A DNA stretch of 64,000 bases from Octopus vulgaris (GCA_951406725.2 OX597837.1:20956001-21020000), one strand, 5' to 3'. Numbered from the stretch's first letter, positions 1 through 14,168 are shown. Translations and numbers: made by a program. The notes: generated by a model from the sequence alone, not told the origin.

Positions 1-830
1 TTAGACTTGTGATGTGATGCGATCATGGTTTATGTAGAGAACGAATGGCATGTATATAAGTATGTATGCATGTATATTTATCATCATTAGTTTTATTTCA
101 AGATTTCTTGCCACTAGAGAAAGAGATAGTTTCTAAGCTAGAAACAAAGCTCCTTCATTAGAATTTCAGCAACATTAACAGGGTATGTATGTATGTATGT
201 ATGTATGTATGTATGTATGTATGTATGTATGTATGTATGTATGTATGCATGCATGCATTTCCACAGGGATGTGGAAATACCTGGGTTGGTGTCCAGGCGC
301 GCGGTTACCCTACTGGGATTAGGAGGCCCCTCTGTTGTTGGCACATCTCTCTAGGAGAGGGAAATTCTGAGAGAAAACTTGCGACACTGACAATATTCGA
401 TAATGTAGACCAGTTCTTCTTTTCGAGTTTATGCTGTCCACTTTCAAAGAGTGGGATTGGATTTGTGCAGATTCTTACTCTACTATAAAAAAAATCATCA
501 CATACAGGCATCGCTTGAAAAAAGTAAGACCTGTCACAAAAATGGCTGGTCGTAGCCTTCGCATGTGTAGGAATTTCGATCAGGCGATGGCAATATTCGG
601 ACACGAAATTACAGCCATCATATATATGTGCAGATTTGTATGCTTTGCTTTATGTATGTATTCTCATGCATATAGTTGCATATCTAGACATGCTGATATA
701 CATTTAAATGATAAACTTTCGGAAAGTTTTACAACTTTTTAAAGTTCGAGTGATGGCTTGAATCTTAGTCTTCGAATCAACTTTCTCCTTCCTCGTTTTC
801 AGAAGATTACTTTCTCAAGATTGGTTTTTA

Positions 831-1242
831 GGCGAGCTGGCAGAAACGTTAGCACGCCGGGCGAAATGCTTAGCAATATTTCGTCTGCCGCTACGTTCAG
901 AGTTCAAATTCCGTCGAGGTCGACTTTGCCTTTCATCCTTTCGGGGTCGATTAAATAAGTACCAGTTACGCACTGGGGTCGATATAATCGACTTAATCCC
1001 TTTGTCTGTCCTTGTTTGTCCTCTCTGTGTGTAGCCCCTTGTGGGCAGTAAAGAAATAGGTAGTTCGTCTGCCGTTACGTTCTGAGTTCAAATTCCGCCG
1101 AGATCGACTTTGCCTTTCATCCTTTCGGGGTCGATTAAATAAGTACCAGTTACACACTGGGGTCGATACAATCGACTTAATCCCTTTGTCTGTCCTTGTT
1201 TATCTCCTCTGTGTGTAGCCCCTTGTGGGTAGTAAAGAAATA
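831..1242 (+). mobile_element. SINE family 1 (Nin/Deu-core-like), with partial tandem duplication; other copies ~2738-2990, 6940-7163, 34598-34808, 51198-51427(-), 52605-53090(-)
   Basis: ggcgagctggcagaaacgttagc head, B-box gagttcaaattcc, core gactttgcctttcatcctttcggggtcgataaattaagtaccag. Confidence 0.85.
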
Positions 1243-1459
1243 AGATTGGTATTTAGGCAGTGTTTTACATGCCCCGGTGCCTCAATAATTACAGGTATAA
1301 ACCTGAACTTGTAATCTGGATAAAGTAACTGTAGATTTCTCAATAGTTCAGGGTATTTTCTTTTTGCTGATCTTCAACTTTATGTTAACATCCACTGGGC
1401 AGCTGATTTCCACAACAGTTTCTCTTCTCTTCTCTATCCCAAATCGCTATGTCAGGTCA

Positions 1460-2077
1460 ATGTATGTATGTATGTATGTATGTATGTATGTATGTATGTA
1501 TGTATGTATGTATGTATGTATGTATGTATGTATGTATGTATGTATGTATGTATATATGTATGTAGGTACATATGTACGTATGTATGTACGTACGTATGTA
1601 CGTATGTAGGTATGTACGTATGTATGTATGTATATGTATGTATGTGTATGTGTACGTACGTATGTATGCATGCGTATATGTGTGCATGTATGTGTGTGTA
1701 GATGTATGTATGTGTGTATGTACGCATGTTTCTATGTATGTAGTATATATGTATGTATGTATGTATGTATTATGTATGTATGAATGTACGTATGTACGTA
1801 TGTACGTATGCATATATGTATGTGTGTGTATGTATGTAGGTACGTACGAACGTATATATGTACGTACATATGTACGTATGTATATATGTATATATGTATG
1901 TACGTATGTATGTATATGTATGTATGTGTATGTGTACGTGCGTATGTATGCATACGTATATGTGTGCATGTATGTGTGTGTAGATGTATGTACGCATGTG
2001 TTTCTATGTATGTATGTATGTATGTATGTATGTATGTATGTATGTATGTATGTGTGCGTGCGTGCGTGCGTGCGTGC

Positions 2078-2165
<88 letters not shown>
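1460..2165. repeat. Compound microsatellite (TATG)n/(TACG)/(TGCG)/(TG)n with an internal higher-order duplication
   Basis: direct reading; the ~1550-1740 block recurs at ~1830-2010. Confidence 0.95.
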
Positions 2166-2168
<3 letters not shown>

Positions 2169-2386
2169 GGCAGAAGAGATTACTCACTGCCGAGAGAATT
2201 ATTCAGAAACTGTTTTTTTCAGAAAAAAGTTCATTTGTGGTGCAATGTACTTTTCTCTTCATCTTAAATATTATCTTCGTTTAAATATTACTTTCAAGAA
2301 AACTGCCTCTTCTTCATTTTAAATATTAGATGGTTCTGCATTGCAGCATCTGTCAAATGAATTCTCATTTATTTTACTCGTTTCAG

Positions 2387-2521
2387 ATAAATCGTCTAAA
2401 GACCGTCTACGACAGACTCTACAGGAGATTCGTGAGCAAGATGGAAACATTAGACAATTCGATGGGTGCGAATGAGAGACAATCACAACAGGAAGTCCAA
2501 AACATCTTAGATACTCTAGGG
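2387..2521 (+). CDS. Gene A (CEP63/DEUP1-like paralog) internal exon, INRLKTVYDRLYRRFVSKM...QNILDTLG
   Basis: tttcag acceptor, gt donor at 2522 (gtacta, weak), 135 nt, phase 0/0; aligns with gene B exon 50256-50399. Confidence 0.8.
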
Positions 2522-2537
2522 GTACTAGCTGTTGCTA

Positions 2538-2539
2538 TC

Positions 2540-2598
<59 letters not shown>

Positions 2599-2607
2599 AA
2601 TCATCAT

Positions 2608-2693
<86 letters not shown>

Positions 2694-2710
2694 CCATCAT
2701 CATTATTATC
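2538..2710. repeat. (ATC)n microsatellite
   Basis: direct reading. Confidence 0.95.
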
Positions 2711-4094
2711 ATTATTTTTATTTTTGTTGTTGTTAAGGTGGCGAACTGGCAGAAACGTTAGCACGCCGGGCGAAATGCTTAGCGGTATTTCGTCTGCCGT
2801 TACGTTCTGAGTTCAAATACCGCCGCGGTCGACTTTGCCTTTCATCCTTCCGGGATAGATAAATTAAGTACCAGTTACGCACTGGGGTCGATGTAATCGA
2901 CTTCATCCCTTTGTCTGTCCTTGTTTGTCCTCTCTGTGGGTAGTAAAGAAATAGGTTCAGATTCCGCCGGAGTCGATTAAATAAGTAATCGATTTAACCC
3001 TTCCCCTAGATTTGAGGCCTTGTGCTTCCAATAGAAAGGATTATTGTTGTTGTTGTTGTTGTTGTTTTACTTCTCTAAATGTTTGATCTGTTTTTTTCTG
3101 GTAGATTATATGAGAGCGGACAGTTCTCTTTTCCTCACATAATAACCTTTGATACTTCGTTGTTAATTATCGCGGGAGACATTCAACATCCAAGTACCAA
3201 TCTCAAAATCCTAGCTGTCCCCAGAAAAGCAGTTTTGGGGGTTTGCCCTGCTCTCATGTCAATTCAGATTTCTCGATCTTGGAAGTTAGTACCCCGAGTG
3301 CCCCTAAAACTACTGGAATGACACACACTCTCCTCATAGTCCACATTCTTACAATTTCATCATTTAGTAATCTGTACTTTTCAATCTTTACTATTTCTTT
3401 GTCATTTATGCGTACATAAATTATTAATTCCTTCCTTTTCATTATATGAACGACAATAACGCAAATAATGAAGGTTCCAGCAAAGGAATTAATTTTGGAA
3501 ATATATAAACATTGAAGCGATGGAAAGAGAGAAAGAGAGAGACAGTGGGGAGAGAAAGTAGTAAGACATTAAAAAATGTTTTACAGGCGTAGGAGTGGCT
3601 GTGTGATAAGTAGCTTGCTTACCAACCACATGGTTCCGGGTTCAGTCCGACTGCGTGGCACCTTAGACAAGGGTCTTCTACTATAGCCTCAGGCCGACCA
3701 AAGCCTTGTGGGTGGATTTGGTAGACGGAAACTGAAAGAAGCCCGTCGTATATATGTATATATATATATATATGTATGTGTGTGTATATATGTTTGATAA
3801 TCGATGCTGGTGTGTTTGCGTCCCCGTAACTTAGCGGTTCGGCAAAAGAGAATAAGTACTGGGCTTACAAAGAATAAGTCCTGGGGTCGATTTGCTCGAC
3901 AAAAGGCGGTGCTCCAGCATGGCCGCAGTCAAATGACTGAAAAATAAGTGAATTAAAATGAATCATTGAGTTAAAAGAGACTTGATTAAAAACACATTAA
4001 AATGGAAGTTTTTGAAAAGTTTCTAGACAATGTAGAATTTAAATACTTTCATATAGTAAGCTACTTTCTCCATTATAGTATAGATCATTATTAT

Positions 4095-5330
4095 CAATGT
4101 CCCCAGAAAAGCAGGTTTTGGGGCTTGCTCTACTCTCATGTCAATTCAGATTTCTCGAAATTGGTTGTTAGTGCTCCGAGTGCCCCTTCACCTACTAGAA
4201 TGACACACACTCTCCTCATAGTCCACATTCTTGTAATTTCGTCTTTCAGTAGTCTGTACTTTTCAATCTTTATTAGTTCTTTGTCACTTATGCGTACATC
4301 TTCAGGTATTGCAATATCTATGATTTGGGATTCCTTTTCTTCCCTTATCTACCATAACAATATCTGGTCTCCGAGCATCAATTAGGGAGTCAGGCTGGAT
4401 TGTAAAATCCCACAGTCTCTTATATTCTTTGTTCTCGGTGACTTATTCTGGTTCATATTTGTACCGTTTCCGTGCTCTAGTACTCTTTTCTGTACGTTAT
4501 ATATATTTGTTAGCCCTTGTCTTTTTGTTATGTATTTGTCTTTTTTATCATACCTAATGCGCCTCTTACGATAGGAATTGTTTCTGTTTTTTGACTCTTC
4601 AGTCGAGTTACCTCTATTTACAGGTTTTTGTATTTTGAAAGTTTCTTTTAGAGAAACGTTGTCATCTGTTGGTATTGATACATCAATTAAAAAGCATTTC
4701 TTTTTTTTGGTAATCTCTGACAACTATATCCGGCCTATTGGCCTTAATTTCTCTATCTGTGTGTATTGGCATATCCCAGAGTATGGTTGCTTTCTCATTT
4801 TCTCTGACCTTTTTAGGTGTGTGCCTATACCATCATTTTTCTGTTGTTATTCTATAGTGTTGGCATAGCTACAAGTGTATATAGGTCCCAACTTTGTGGT
4901 ATCTGTGAATAAATCCATTCTTAGGCAGCACTGGGAAGCCTGAAACAATATGGTTTATTGTTTCTTGTCCATCTCCATATATTCTGCAGTTACTTGTTAA
5001 GTTTCTTTTCATTATATGTTTTTGATAATTTCTGGTGGGGAGGCTTTGGTCTTGTGCTGCAAATTAAAAATCCTTCAGTCTCTGCTTTGAGTCTTGAGCT
5101 TCTCACCCATTGTTGGGATTTTGCTTTGTCCATTCATTTTGCCTTTAGTTTAACCCAGTATTTGCCACGAAGGGGCTTTTCTTGCCATCGTTTTACCATG
5201 ATCCGTTGCTGTTCCCGTTTTAGTTTGGATTTCAGTTGTTTTACAGCTTTTGTTGTTTCTTCTTTTTCTTCATAGTTGTTAGGTACTATGACTTCTTTTT
5301 TGTATTTGTCAGCTTCCTTAAAGACAGATT
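4095..5330 (-). mobile_element. R4/Dong-like LINE fragments
   Basis: minus-strand RPDIV/FLIDVSIPTD endonuclease region; next to (ATT)/(ATC) repeats; related fragment at 3190-3440. Confidence 0.75.
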
Positions 5331-5362
5331 ATTATTATTATTATTATTAATATTTTTATTAC

Positions 5363-5419
<57 letters not shown>

Positions 5420-5434
5420 TATCATCATCATCAA

Positions 5435-5512
<78 letters not shown>

Positions 5513-5518
5513 ATATAG

Positions 5519-5623
5519 GAATGTGAACACCAACTGAGTATTTCCCAAGAGCATAAAGATACCCTCGAAGAAGAAATGCTTTGTTTTGATGCTGAATATA
5601 AGGATTTACGCGAAAACGAAATG
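5519..5623 (+). CDS. Gene A exon, ECEHQLSISQEHKDTLEEEMLCFDAEYKDLRENEM
   Basis: tag acceptor after (ATT)n, gtaaat donor, 105 nt, phase 0/0; same length as gene B exon 50914-51018. Confidence 0.8.
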
Positions 5624-6005
5624 GTAAATATTTTTCTTTCAAGAAAAGCACCCCTAAACTGGGTGCCGGGACTGAACCTGCACAGTTCGTTTTTAGTTTT
5701 GCTCTCCTGTTTAAATGTTAACGATTGAATGTTAACGATTGAATGTTAACGATTGAATGTAATATGATTAAACTGCTCAACCACAACCTCAACAACAATG
5801 ATAATAACAATCACAATAATCTCAGCGCACCTATGCAGGTGGCACATAAAAGCACCCACTACACTCACGGAGTGGTTGGTGTTAGAAGGGCATCCAGCTG
5901 TAGAAACATTGCCAGATCAGACTGGAGCCTGGTGCAGCCTTCTGGCTTCCCAGATCCCCGGTCGAACCGTCCAACCCATGCTAGCATGGAGAACGGATGT
6001 TAAAC

Positions 6006-6053
<48 letters not shown>

Positions 6054-7792
6054 AAGTGAATAATCATAGAATTAAAACTGAATAAATGCCATCAGCGTTT
6101 ATAGTATTCTCTCTCAGGCGCAGGAGTGGCTGCGCGCCGACCAAAACCTTGTGAGTAGTTTTGGTATACGGAAACTGAAAGAAGCCCGTCGTATATATGT
6201 ATATATATATATGTGTGTGTGTGTGGTGGGGGGCACCTTAGGCCAGTCTCCTATAGCCTCGCGCCGACCAAAGCCTTGTGAGTGGATTTGGTAGACGAAA
6301 ACTGAAAGAAGCCCGCCATATGTGTGTGTATGCGTGCGTGTGCGTGCGTGTGTGTGTGCGTGTGTGTGCGTGTGTGTGCGTTTGTGTGTGTGTGTGTGGA
6401 ACCTTGGCAAGTGTCTTCTACTATAGCCTCGCGCCGACCAAAGCCTTGTGAGTGATTTTGGTAGGCAGAAACTAAAAGCATATATATATGTATGTATGTG
6501 TGTGTATATGTTTGGTGTGTCTGTGTTTGTCCCCCTAACATTGCTTGACAACCGATGCTGGTGTGTTTACGTCCCCGTCACTTAGCGGTTCAGCAAAAGA
6601 AACCGATAGAATAAGTCCTAGACTTCCAAAGAAGATGTCCTGAGTTCGATTTGCTCGACTAAAGGCTGTGCTCCAGCATGGCCGCGGTCAAATGACTGAA
6701 ACAAGTAAAAGAGTAAAGAGTAAAAGAGTATATAGTATAGTGATGGTGTGTTAAGTAGTCACTCACTTGAAGCTGGTACCCAGGACTAAATGATTCAGGC
6801 CTGATATTACGGTAGTGAATGGTGGAGAGACAAACACAGACACAAAGACACACACACACACAACTATATGCATGCACTTTTACTCATTTACTCTTTTATT
6901 TCTTTAAGTTATTTGACTGCGGTGTATGTGTGAGGTCGGGGCTGGCAGAAACGTTAGCACGCCGGGTGAAATGCTTAGCAGTATTTCGTCTGCCGCAACG
7001 TTCTAAGTTCAAATTCCGCCGAGGTCGACTTTGCCTTTCATCCTTTCGGGGTCGATAAATTAAGTACCAGTTACACACTGGGGTCGATGTAATCGACTTA
7101 ATCCGTTTGTCTGTCCTTGTTTGTCCTCTCTGTGTTTAGCCCGTTGTGGGTAGTAAAGAAATAGGTAAATGTGAGTTGGGGGGCGGAGAAGAAACAGGAA
7201 TGGTTCAGGGAGGATGAGGTGATAAGCGGCAATACACAAAGCAAAAAGATTGGAGAGTAATGATATAATTGTATTTACGGAGATGTACTTGCATAGCAAG
7301 TGACTTGATCTGAGATCGTGTGCTGAAACAATAACAATTGCAGCGTGGAAGGTGTTTATAAGCCATTTAAATGTTGAAGTGAATTTAATAGTTTTTTTTT
7401 TGTGTGGTTTATAAACACCTTCCATGCTACAATTGCTGATATAATTGTAGGTGAATGAGAAATAGAGAGATTATATGTGGATTGGGTGGGTAATGAGAAG
7501 TCGTTGGGAGAGAGAATACAGTGACAGAGATGGAGATCAGAAGTACGTAGGGAGAACAGTAAACAAGTTGTTGGAGGACGGCAGTCAATGGCAGATATGA
7601 GGATGTGTTAAGACTGATGACGGATCTGAGGTTCCAGATTTACTCTTCCAGCGTTTCTTTATACACAATGCTTTTTTTTTTGTAAGAATTTTACCTTCTT
7701 ATTTGCCTTGTCTGTTGGTCTCAACTACTCTTACTGATAATTTTCTCGACTTAGTTGGTCCCACATATGACTGCCTATACGTTAAGTTGGAG

Positions 7793-7852
<60 letters not shown>

Positions 7853-7856
7853 AAAC

Positions 7857-7906
<50 letters not shown>

Positions 7907-8135
7907 AGTCAATTAATGAATGGCAAAAAAACACAGGAGTTACATAGTCGCTTTCATAAGCTCACAGCTGTTTCTGCTGTTAAAACTTTGCACTCAATGC
8001 TGAGAGCTCATGAGACGTCTTATAGCGTCTTCAGATCCATTTCAATGACTCCGTTTGACTGAAATGTTTTTAACATTAAAATAAATTTTGTTTTGTGACA
8101 TAAGAAAAATATTGATTTTATAAATGGTATTTCAG

Positions 8136-8260
8136 GTTTTGGCAGATTCAACTAAGAATCTTCAGCACTTAATTGATGAAAAAGAGAAACAAATAAAAGA
8201 AAAGGAATTGGAAATTAATACACGTCAAATTCGTGATGAGACTCACCTGGACTTAGTGAG
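8136..8260 (+). CDS. Gene A exon, VLADSTKNLQHLIDEKEKQIKEKELEINTRQIRDETHLDLV
   Basis: tttcag / gtaaat, 125 nt, phase 0/2; same length as gene B exon 54144-54268. Confidence 0.85.
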
Positions 8261-8539
8261 GTAAATACGAAACTTATTCTTATGAATATGAGTGGGGGCA
8301 TATCATAGATGGTAGGTTTCAACTCCCCTTGCGCCCTAATGCTCTTCTCTTTCACAAATTATTCCATGTTATCATCATGGCGGCTGATTCGTAACTTGGC
8401 CAATCCATGTCTTATCCCAGAAATGTCGACTTTCATCAAAATCAGGGACTAATCTTCTTGCAAACTGACCGTACATTTTCTTTTCCTTCCATGCTTTTTC
8501 TACTTTTTTGTTGTTCATTTCCTGTTTAAATGTTTCTTT

Positions 8540-9960
8540 AGTCGCACAATTTGTGTCTCATCTTTGCCATACAGTTTCAAATCATCCATGAAGAGAAGGT
8601 GGTTGATTGTTTGGGATTTTCCCTTTAGTTGTTACCCCAGGTTCATTTTCCTAAGTACTAAGGTCAGGGATATCATGCAGAAGACAAAATGCAACAGAGT
8701 TAGGCTATCACCCTGGAAAATCCCTCTTCTGATACCCAGAGTACCCAAGCTTTTTCCGTAAGAAGTCAGTTCAGTTTTCCATCCAACCATATTTTCTCTT
8801 CAGGAAACACGTTACATTCCTCGCAATTCTAAACACATCTAAGCAGAGACTAATCTTTTACATTTTTTATCATCATTAATCTGTTGGTCGGTTCTAAACA
8901 ATTTGTTTTGCCGGTATTGCTTAATCCGTTGTTCACACCTAATTAGCTTTGCTTTTTTATTCTTTTTGCATGTATGCACTGCTTCAGTTCTCCAATGACA
9001 ACATTCAGACCTTTTGTATCTACACCATACTTCTTCCAAACATTTTCGAATTTCCATTCATTCTTAAGTTCTCCATTTCTTTTCCTGATAAGTATTGACA
9101 CTACACTGTTCAAGGAGTTTATATCTTCAAACATTTTCCCTTTTCCACCAATTATTTCCTCTTCTATCCGTCGCTGTTCTGTTCTCAGTAGTTCTCAATT
9201 CCCGCCACAATAGCTGTTTTTTCACTCTCTGTCAATGCCGGGGTGGTAAGGGGAGTTGAGCACTCATCGCTTATAAAATGCCCCAGTGGTTCTCTTTCGC
9301 CACAATTCTACCAGCAGCCTTGATAAGATTATTTGTTTGTGTGATGTTCTTTATTTCAATGTGTCTCGATACATTATTGACTTTGCTAGTCTCTTGATTT
9401 AGTCTGAATTGGTTAGCCTTCTAAAAGTCGAACATAAATTCTGTCCCTTCTGTATTTAATAAATCCAAAATTCTGTCTTTTATTAATCGGTCTTCATTGT
9501 TTGAGTAGCCACTGATCTCAATTCTTTCCCAATTCATGGTATTATATTCTTGCGAACAATTGTTCATCTCTTCCACTATAACACTTTCGTTTCTCGCATG
9601 CCCAATTCTCTTAATCTTCCATTCTTTCTTATTGCTCTTGCTTGGTCATACAACCTCTGCTCAGTAATTTCAAACAGTTCCATTGCCCTTCATTCACAGT
9701 GCATTCATTTTCTGTACCCTCTGACAGGCATCCACTGGGGTGCTCCAGTAGTAACACTCCATAACCATCATGTTTACTTGTTTACACCACTTGTTTCGTA
9801 GCATGGCTAGCAGTTGCTAGATTACGACTGGGCCCACCCTGCTGCACAGTGGGGCACTTGCGGCACCCTCACCATTGGCTCCAGTCCCGTTCACACCGTT
9901 ATCGTCATCTATTTTGCTTGATATTTTCACTCATAAATGAGGTGTGTTTTTAGGTTACTA
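8540..9960 (-). mobile_element. R4/Dong-like LINE 5'/RT fragment
   Basis: minus-strand RGIFQGDSL, INHLLFMDDLKLYGK, QYRQNKLFRTDQ. Confidence 0.75.
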
Positions 9961-10946
9961 CCATCTCTATCAAGGTAGTCCGCCAAGGCGGCAGGGGCCT
10001 TGTTCTCCTGGTTTTGAACTCAGAGTGTTCCTTTTCCTAGGCTGCTTGCCATCCAAGGTTAACGAGTACCGCCTACCCGGAGCAACTGGTTATTTGAAGG
10101 TGCCAGATACCCGCCTTTTCTCACTCTTCTGTTGGTTTGGCGAAGGAGTCGCGCTTGATTATCAGAGGACAGGTCCTGCGTAGGCCACTGGGGCCTACGC
10201 AAGACCTGTCCTCTGATGTATGATCAACTCCCCTCACCACCCCGGCATTGACAGCTAGTAGATGAAATATATATAGAGAAAGAGAGACAGAAAAATAGAT
10301 AAAAAGAAAAGAAAAGGAAGATCAACTAGGGAAGGGGCCATTTAACACAACATGTCAGTATAATATATTTATATTGACAGGGAGAGTAGGGGGCAGCTTA
10401 GGAGTGAGGTAGGTAGATATTGGACATCAGGGAAGAGGGTAGAGGGGGTGGGAAGAGCAGGCGGATCACCGCCAAGAGAAGATGCCTACTGCAGCGTTCC
10501 TCACTGCCCACCTGTAAATTTAAGATTTAACCAAAGAAGGAAGGAGAAGCGTTAATCTGAATCTAACGAAAAACTAGCTTACTGTTTGACTTGGTCTGTG
10601 AAAGTGTGATTCCAGCTGAAGAATTTTACGATGTCAACAAGTAATCTTCATAAGTTGTGAAGAAAGTGATAAAGGAAGGGAGAAAGAGACATAGAGAGAG
10701 AGAGTGATGGTAAAAAGACAGAGGGACAGCGCGGGAGAGAGAGGGGGAGTGAGAGAAGAAATACATGTGCTTTCAACAATAGGTTCGGATTGAAGTAACT
10801 CTTCACAAAGGTAAACAGACAGTACGAAGAGCACGATGCGATTGTAATAGATATTTTATTGATTGAACAATATTTCGACAGCAAGCCAGGAACTTTTCAG
10901 CACCCCGCCATACACACATGCACAGACACACACACACACTCTCACA

Positions 10947-10978
<32 letters not shown>

Positions 10979-11521
10979 TACACATGCACACACACACACA
11001 CTATGTGTGCTGAAAGTTTCTGGCTTTGAGTAAGAGAAGATACAGAAAGATTAGTTAACTTAATTACCATTTTATTCAACATATTCCCCTCTCAGATTTA
11101 CACACTCATTGCAGTGGTCCTTCAATTTTTCTAAGCACTGTAAAGAACTCGGAAGGTTAGGCCTCCGACCCGGCCCTTCACAATACCCTTAAAGCCACGA
11201 ACTTCTCAGCATTCCCTCGTATGACACAACGTGCACCTGTATAGACAATGTCGCTTTGATTGAGACTAGTGAGCTCATGTACAGCATAATCATTTGATTA
11301 CTGTTCTTTTATTATTTTATGTTTCAGCCAAAAGGCTGTGATCGTGGTAGGGCACCTCCAGTAGGAACAAAACATCTGTGAGAGTTTTTCATCAAGAAGT
11401 TACGGAGATCATATCTGTCATCAACGAGACAGAAGATTCCACCGATCTCCAACGAGACCAGCATTTGGTTCTATGATTTGTAATGTTACACTTAATTATC
11501 TGAACTGTGGTTTCATTGCAG

Positions 11522-11657
11522 TAAATACACGGATGATGTTGAAAACCTTCGTTCGGAAATAGCTGAACTAAAAGAAGCTTTTCAAGCAAAACAACTTACT
11601 CTAGACACGTTGCAGTCGGAGATGAGGCAGTATAAAGAGGATGAACTTAACTCGAAG
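11522..11657 (+). CDS. Gene A exon, (S)KYTDDVENLRSEIAELKEAFQAKQLTLDTLQSEMRQYKEDELNSK
   Basis: ttgcag / gttagt, 136 nt, phase 2/0, frame continuous with both neighbours. Confidence 0.85.
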
Positions 11658-11699
11658 GTTAGTGGCGGGTATATTTTGCAGCGTTTTGCATTAGTAAGG

Positions 11700-12545
11700 A
11701 GAAAATACGGTGTTATTTTTTACGACAAAGGTGCATCCTGATTGAAATTTATGCATTGCATCATCAATGAGGTGAATGTAATTCCCTCAATTAGAATAAC
11801 CACATTTTCTGACGGTTGGTGTTTGGCTTGTGGTGGGTAATTTTGCATTGGTGAGTAATTTTTTTGAAGGATTTAGGTTGTCTCTTGCTTTTTATTATTT
11901 TATGGGTTTCGGCTGCCTTTTTTAATCGTGGGTCTTGACTCAGTAGTGGGATGTTCTTGTGTATAATGGTGTGCGCTTATGTATTTTTTGGGTTGTGTGT
12001 TGAGAGATATGGAAGACGCGTACCTTGAGTGTGTTTCGGTCTTCGTAGATCTTGGATATCGATTGCTCTATTCCATTATCAAGTAGAATTTCCTTTAATT
12101 CTTGGAGTCTTTTTGTCCCGCGTTTCATAATTTGAGACAATTGTACAAAAGGAGTGTTTGTCTTCGTGTGCTTTGGGTGGTTGGAAGTGAATAGAAGGTA
12201 TTGTTTGGAATCAGTCGATTTGTAGTGGACATCAGTTTCAATGTTTGTGTCTTTTTTTATGATTAAGATGTCTAGAAATGAGAGTTAGCCTTGACTATAT
12301 TCCATTGTGAATAGGATATGATCGATGATGCTGTTAATTAGGTTTTTGAATTCATTGAGTTGGTCGAATGTGTGAGATCATAGAATGAGACAGTCATCCA
12401 AGTAGCGCTTCCAATTCTCTAACAGGTACTTGTAGAAATTCAAGCCGTATTTTTAATTTGTATTGTTCATATATTTGAACTTCTAAGTAAGCCATGACTA
12501 GATTAGTGTAAGTTGTGGAAACCTTTGTACCCATCGCAGTTAAGG
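11700..12545 (-). mobile_element. Penelope-like RT/linker fragment
   Basis: minus-strand TAMGT, ENWKRYLDDCLI, YKSTDSKQYLLFTSNHPKHTK. Confidence 0.8.
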
Positions 12546-13033
12546 GATATATCATTAACATTTCTCATTTTTGGATAAAAGGACGATTTGATACAGAAGA
12601 ATTGCAACCCTTTTTATAACTGCCAAACTCCAGCCAGATGCAAGACCCTTAGAAGCCAAATCCGAGAACTTTAAATGTTACCGATTTTATCTTCTTGTCA
12701 AAGACTCTATTACTTGATCGGAATATATTCATGTAAACTAACTATCTTATCATTATAATCCCAGGCCCACCAAAACCTTGGGAGTGGATTTTGTTGACTG
12801 TGTGTGTTTCTGTTCCCCTCCACCGCTCGACAACCGGTGCTGGTTTGTTTTCATCCTCGTGACATAGCAGTTCGGTTAAAAGAGACCTACAGAATAAGTA
12901 CCAAGGGTTAAAAGGAAGTGCGGGGATCGATTTGTTCGACCAGGCCCTTCAAGACGGTGCCCCAACATGACCGCAGTTCAACGACTGAAACATGTAAAAG
13001 ATAAAAGATGTGTATTTTTTTTTCTGATAATAG

Positions 13034-13156
13034 GATGATGGTGAGCTTATGGAATTTCTAGAGAGCGAACACGAAATGCTTTATGATGAATTGCAGGATC
13101 GGATAAAGTATGCGACAGACCTTCCTCTTCTCAAAAAGCAGTATGAAGAACTACAT
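13034..13156 (+). CDS. Gene A exon, DDGELMEFLESEHEMLYDELQDRIKYATDLPLLKKQYEELH
   Basis: tag / gtgagt, 123 nt, phase 0/0; same length as gene B exon 58076-58198. Confidence 0.85.
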
Positions 13157-13213
13157 GTGAGTAAATGCTTTCAAAAATCTCGATTTTTGGTGGGGGCTAT
13201 ATTAATCTACTGT

Positions 13214-13510
13214 GGAGGCACATGGCCTAGTGGTTAGAGCAGCGGACTCGCGGTCGAGGGATCGCGGGTTCGAATCTCAGACCGGGCGATGTGTGTGTTT
13301 ATGAGCGAAACACCTAAGCTCCACGCGGCTCCGGCAGAAGGTAATGGCGAATTTCTGCTGACTCTTTCGCCACAACTTTCTCTCACTCTTTCCTCCTGCA
13401 TCTTGCAGCTCACCTGCGACGGCCCGGCGCCCCGTCCAAGTGGGGAACCTATACGCCAAGGAAACCGGGAAACCGGCCCTTATGAGCCAGGCGTGGCTCG
13501 AGAAGGAACA
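13214..13510 (+). mobile_element. SINE family 3 (tRNA-derived head); other copies ~14329-14700, 35786-36150, 41000-41245(-), 49930-50200
   Basis: A box tggcctagtggtt, B box ggttcgaatctc, followed by a shared non-tRNA body. Confidence 0.8.
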
Positions 13511-13739
13511 AACATATTAATCTGCTAACCTTTATTCGGTGTATCTAGCTTAAAAACAAACAACATACCCAATTAAGATGGCCGAGTAGATAAGGTATCA
13601 AACTTTATATTGCTTTTCTCCTTCACTTTATTTTTATAATGTCAGATTGACTTAGTTATCAAGAGTAAAGCTAGTTGGAAACCAATACACAGGCGTTGAA
13701 ATTATGAAGACCATCAGAACGGGCGTTACCCGCTGACTC

Positions 13740-13839
<100 letters not shown>

Positions 13840-14168
13840 GCGTGTTGTGTGTGTGTGTACACACGCATACATATATGGTGTGGCTGTGTGGTCAGAAGCT
13901 TGCTTCCCAACCACATGGTTCCGAGTTCAGTCCCACCGCGTGGCACCTTGGGCAGGTGTCTTCTGCTATAGCCTCGGTCCAACAAAAGCCTTATGAGCGT
14001 ATTGGGTAGGTGGAAACTGAAAGAAGCTCGTCGTGTGTATGATGTATACATGTGTGTATCTGTGTTTGTCACCCCACCATCACTTGACCAACCGATGTTA
14101 GTGTGATTTTGTTCGACTAAAGGCGGTGTCCCAGCATGGCTGCAGTCAAATGACTGAAAGTATTAAAA

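Noticed and set aside
138-2322. Long ORFs of YVCM/HTYI type, here and throughout the window
   Set aside because: Translations of (TATG)n, (TG)n and (TA)n microsatellites; no coding signal
2330-2761. 143-aa ORF with a poly-Ile 'transmembrane' tail
   Set aside because: A real exon (2387-2521) read through into an intronic (ATC)n repeat
13214-13290. tRNA-like sequence
   Set aside because: No proper acceptor stem, and it continues into a multi-copy SINE body; this is a SINE head, not a tRNA gene
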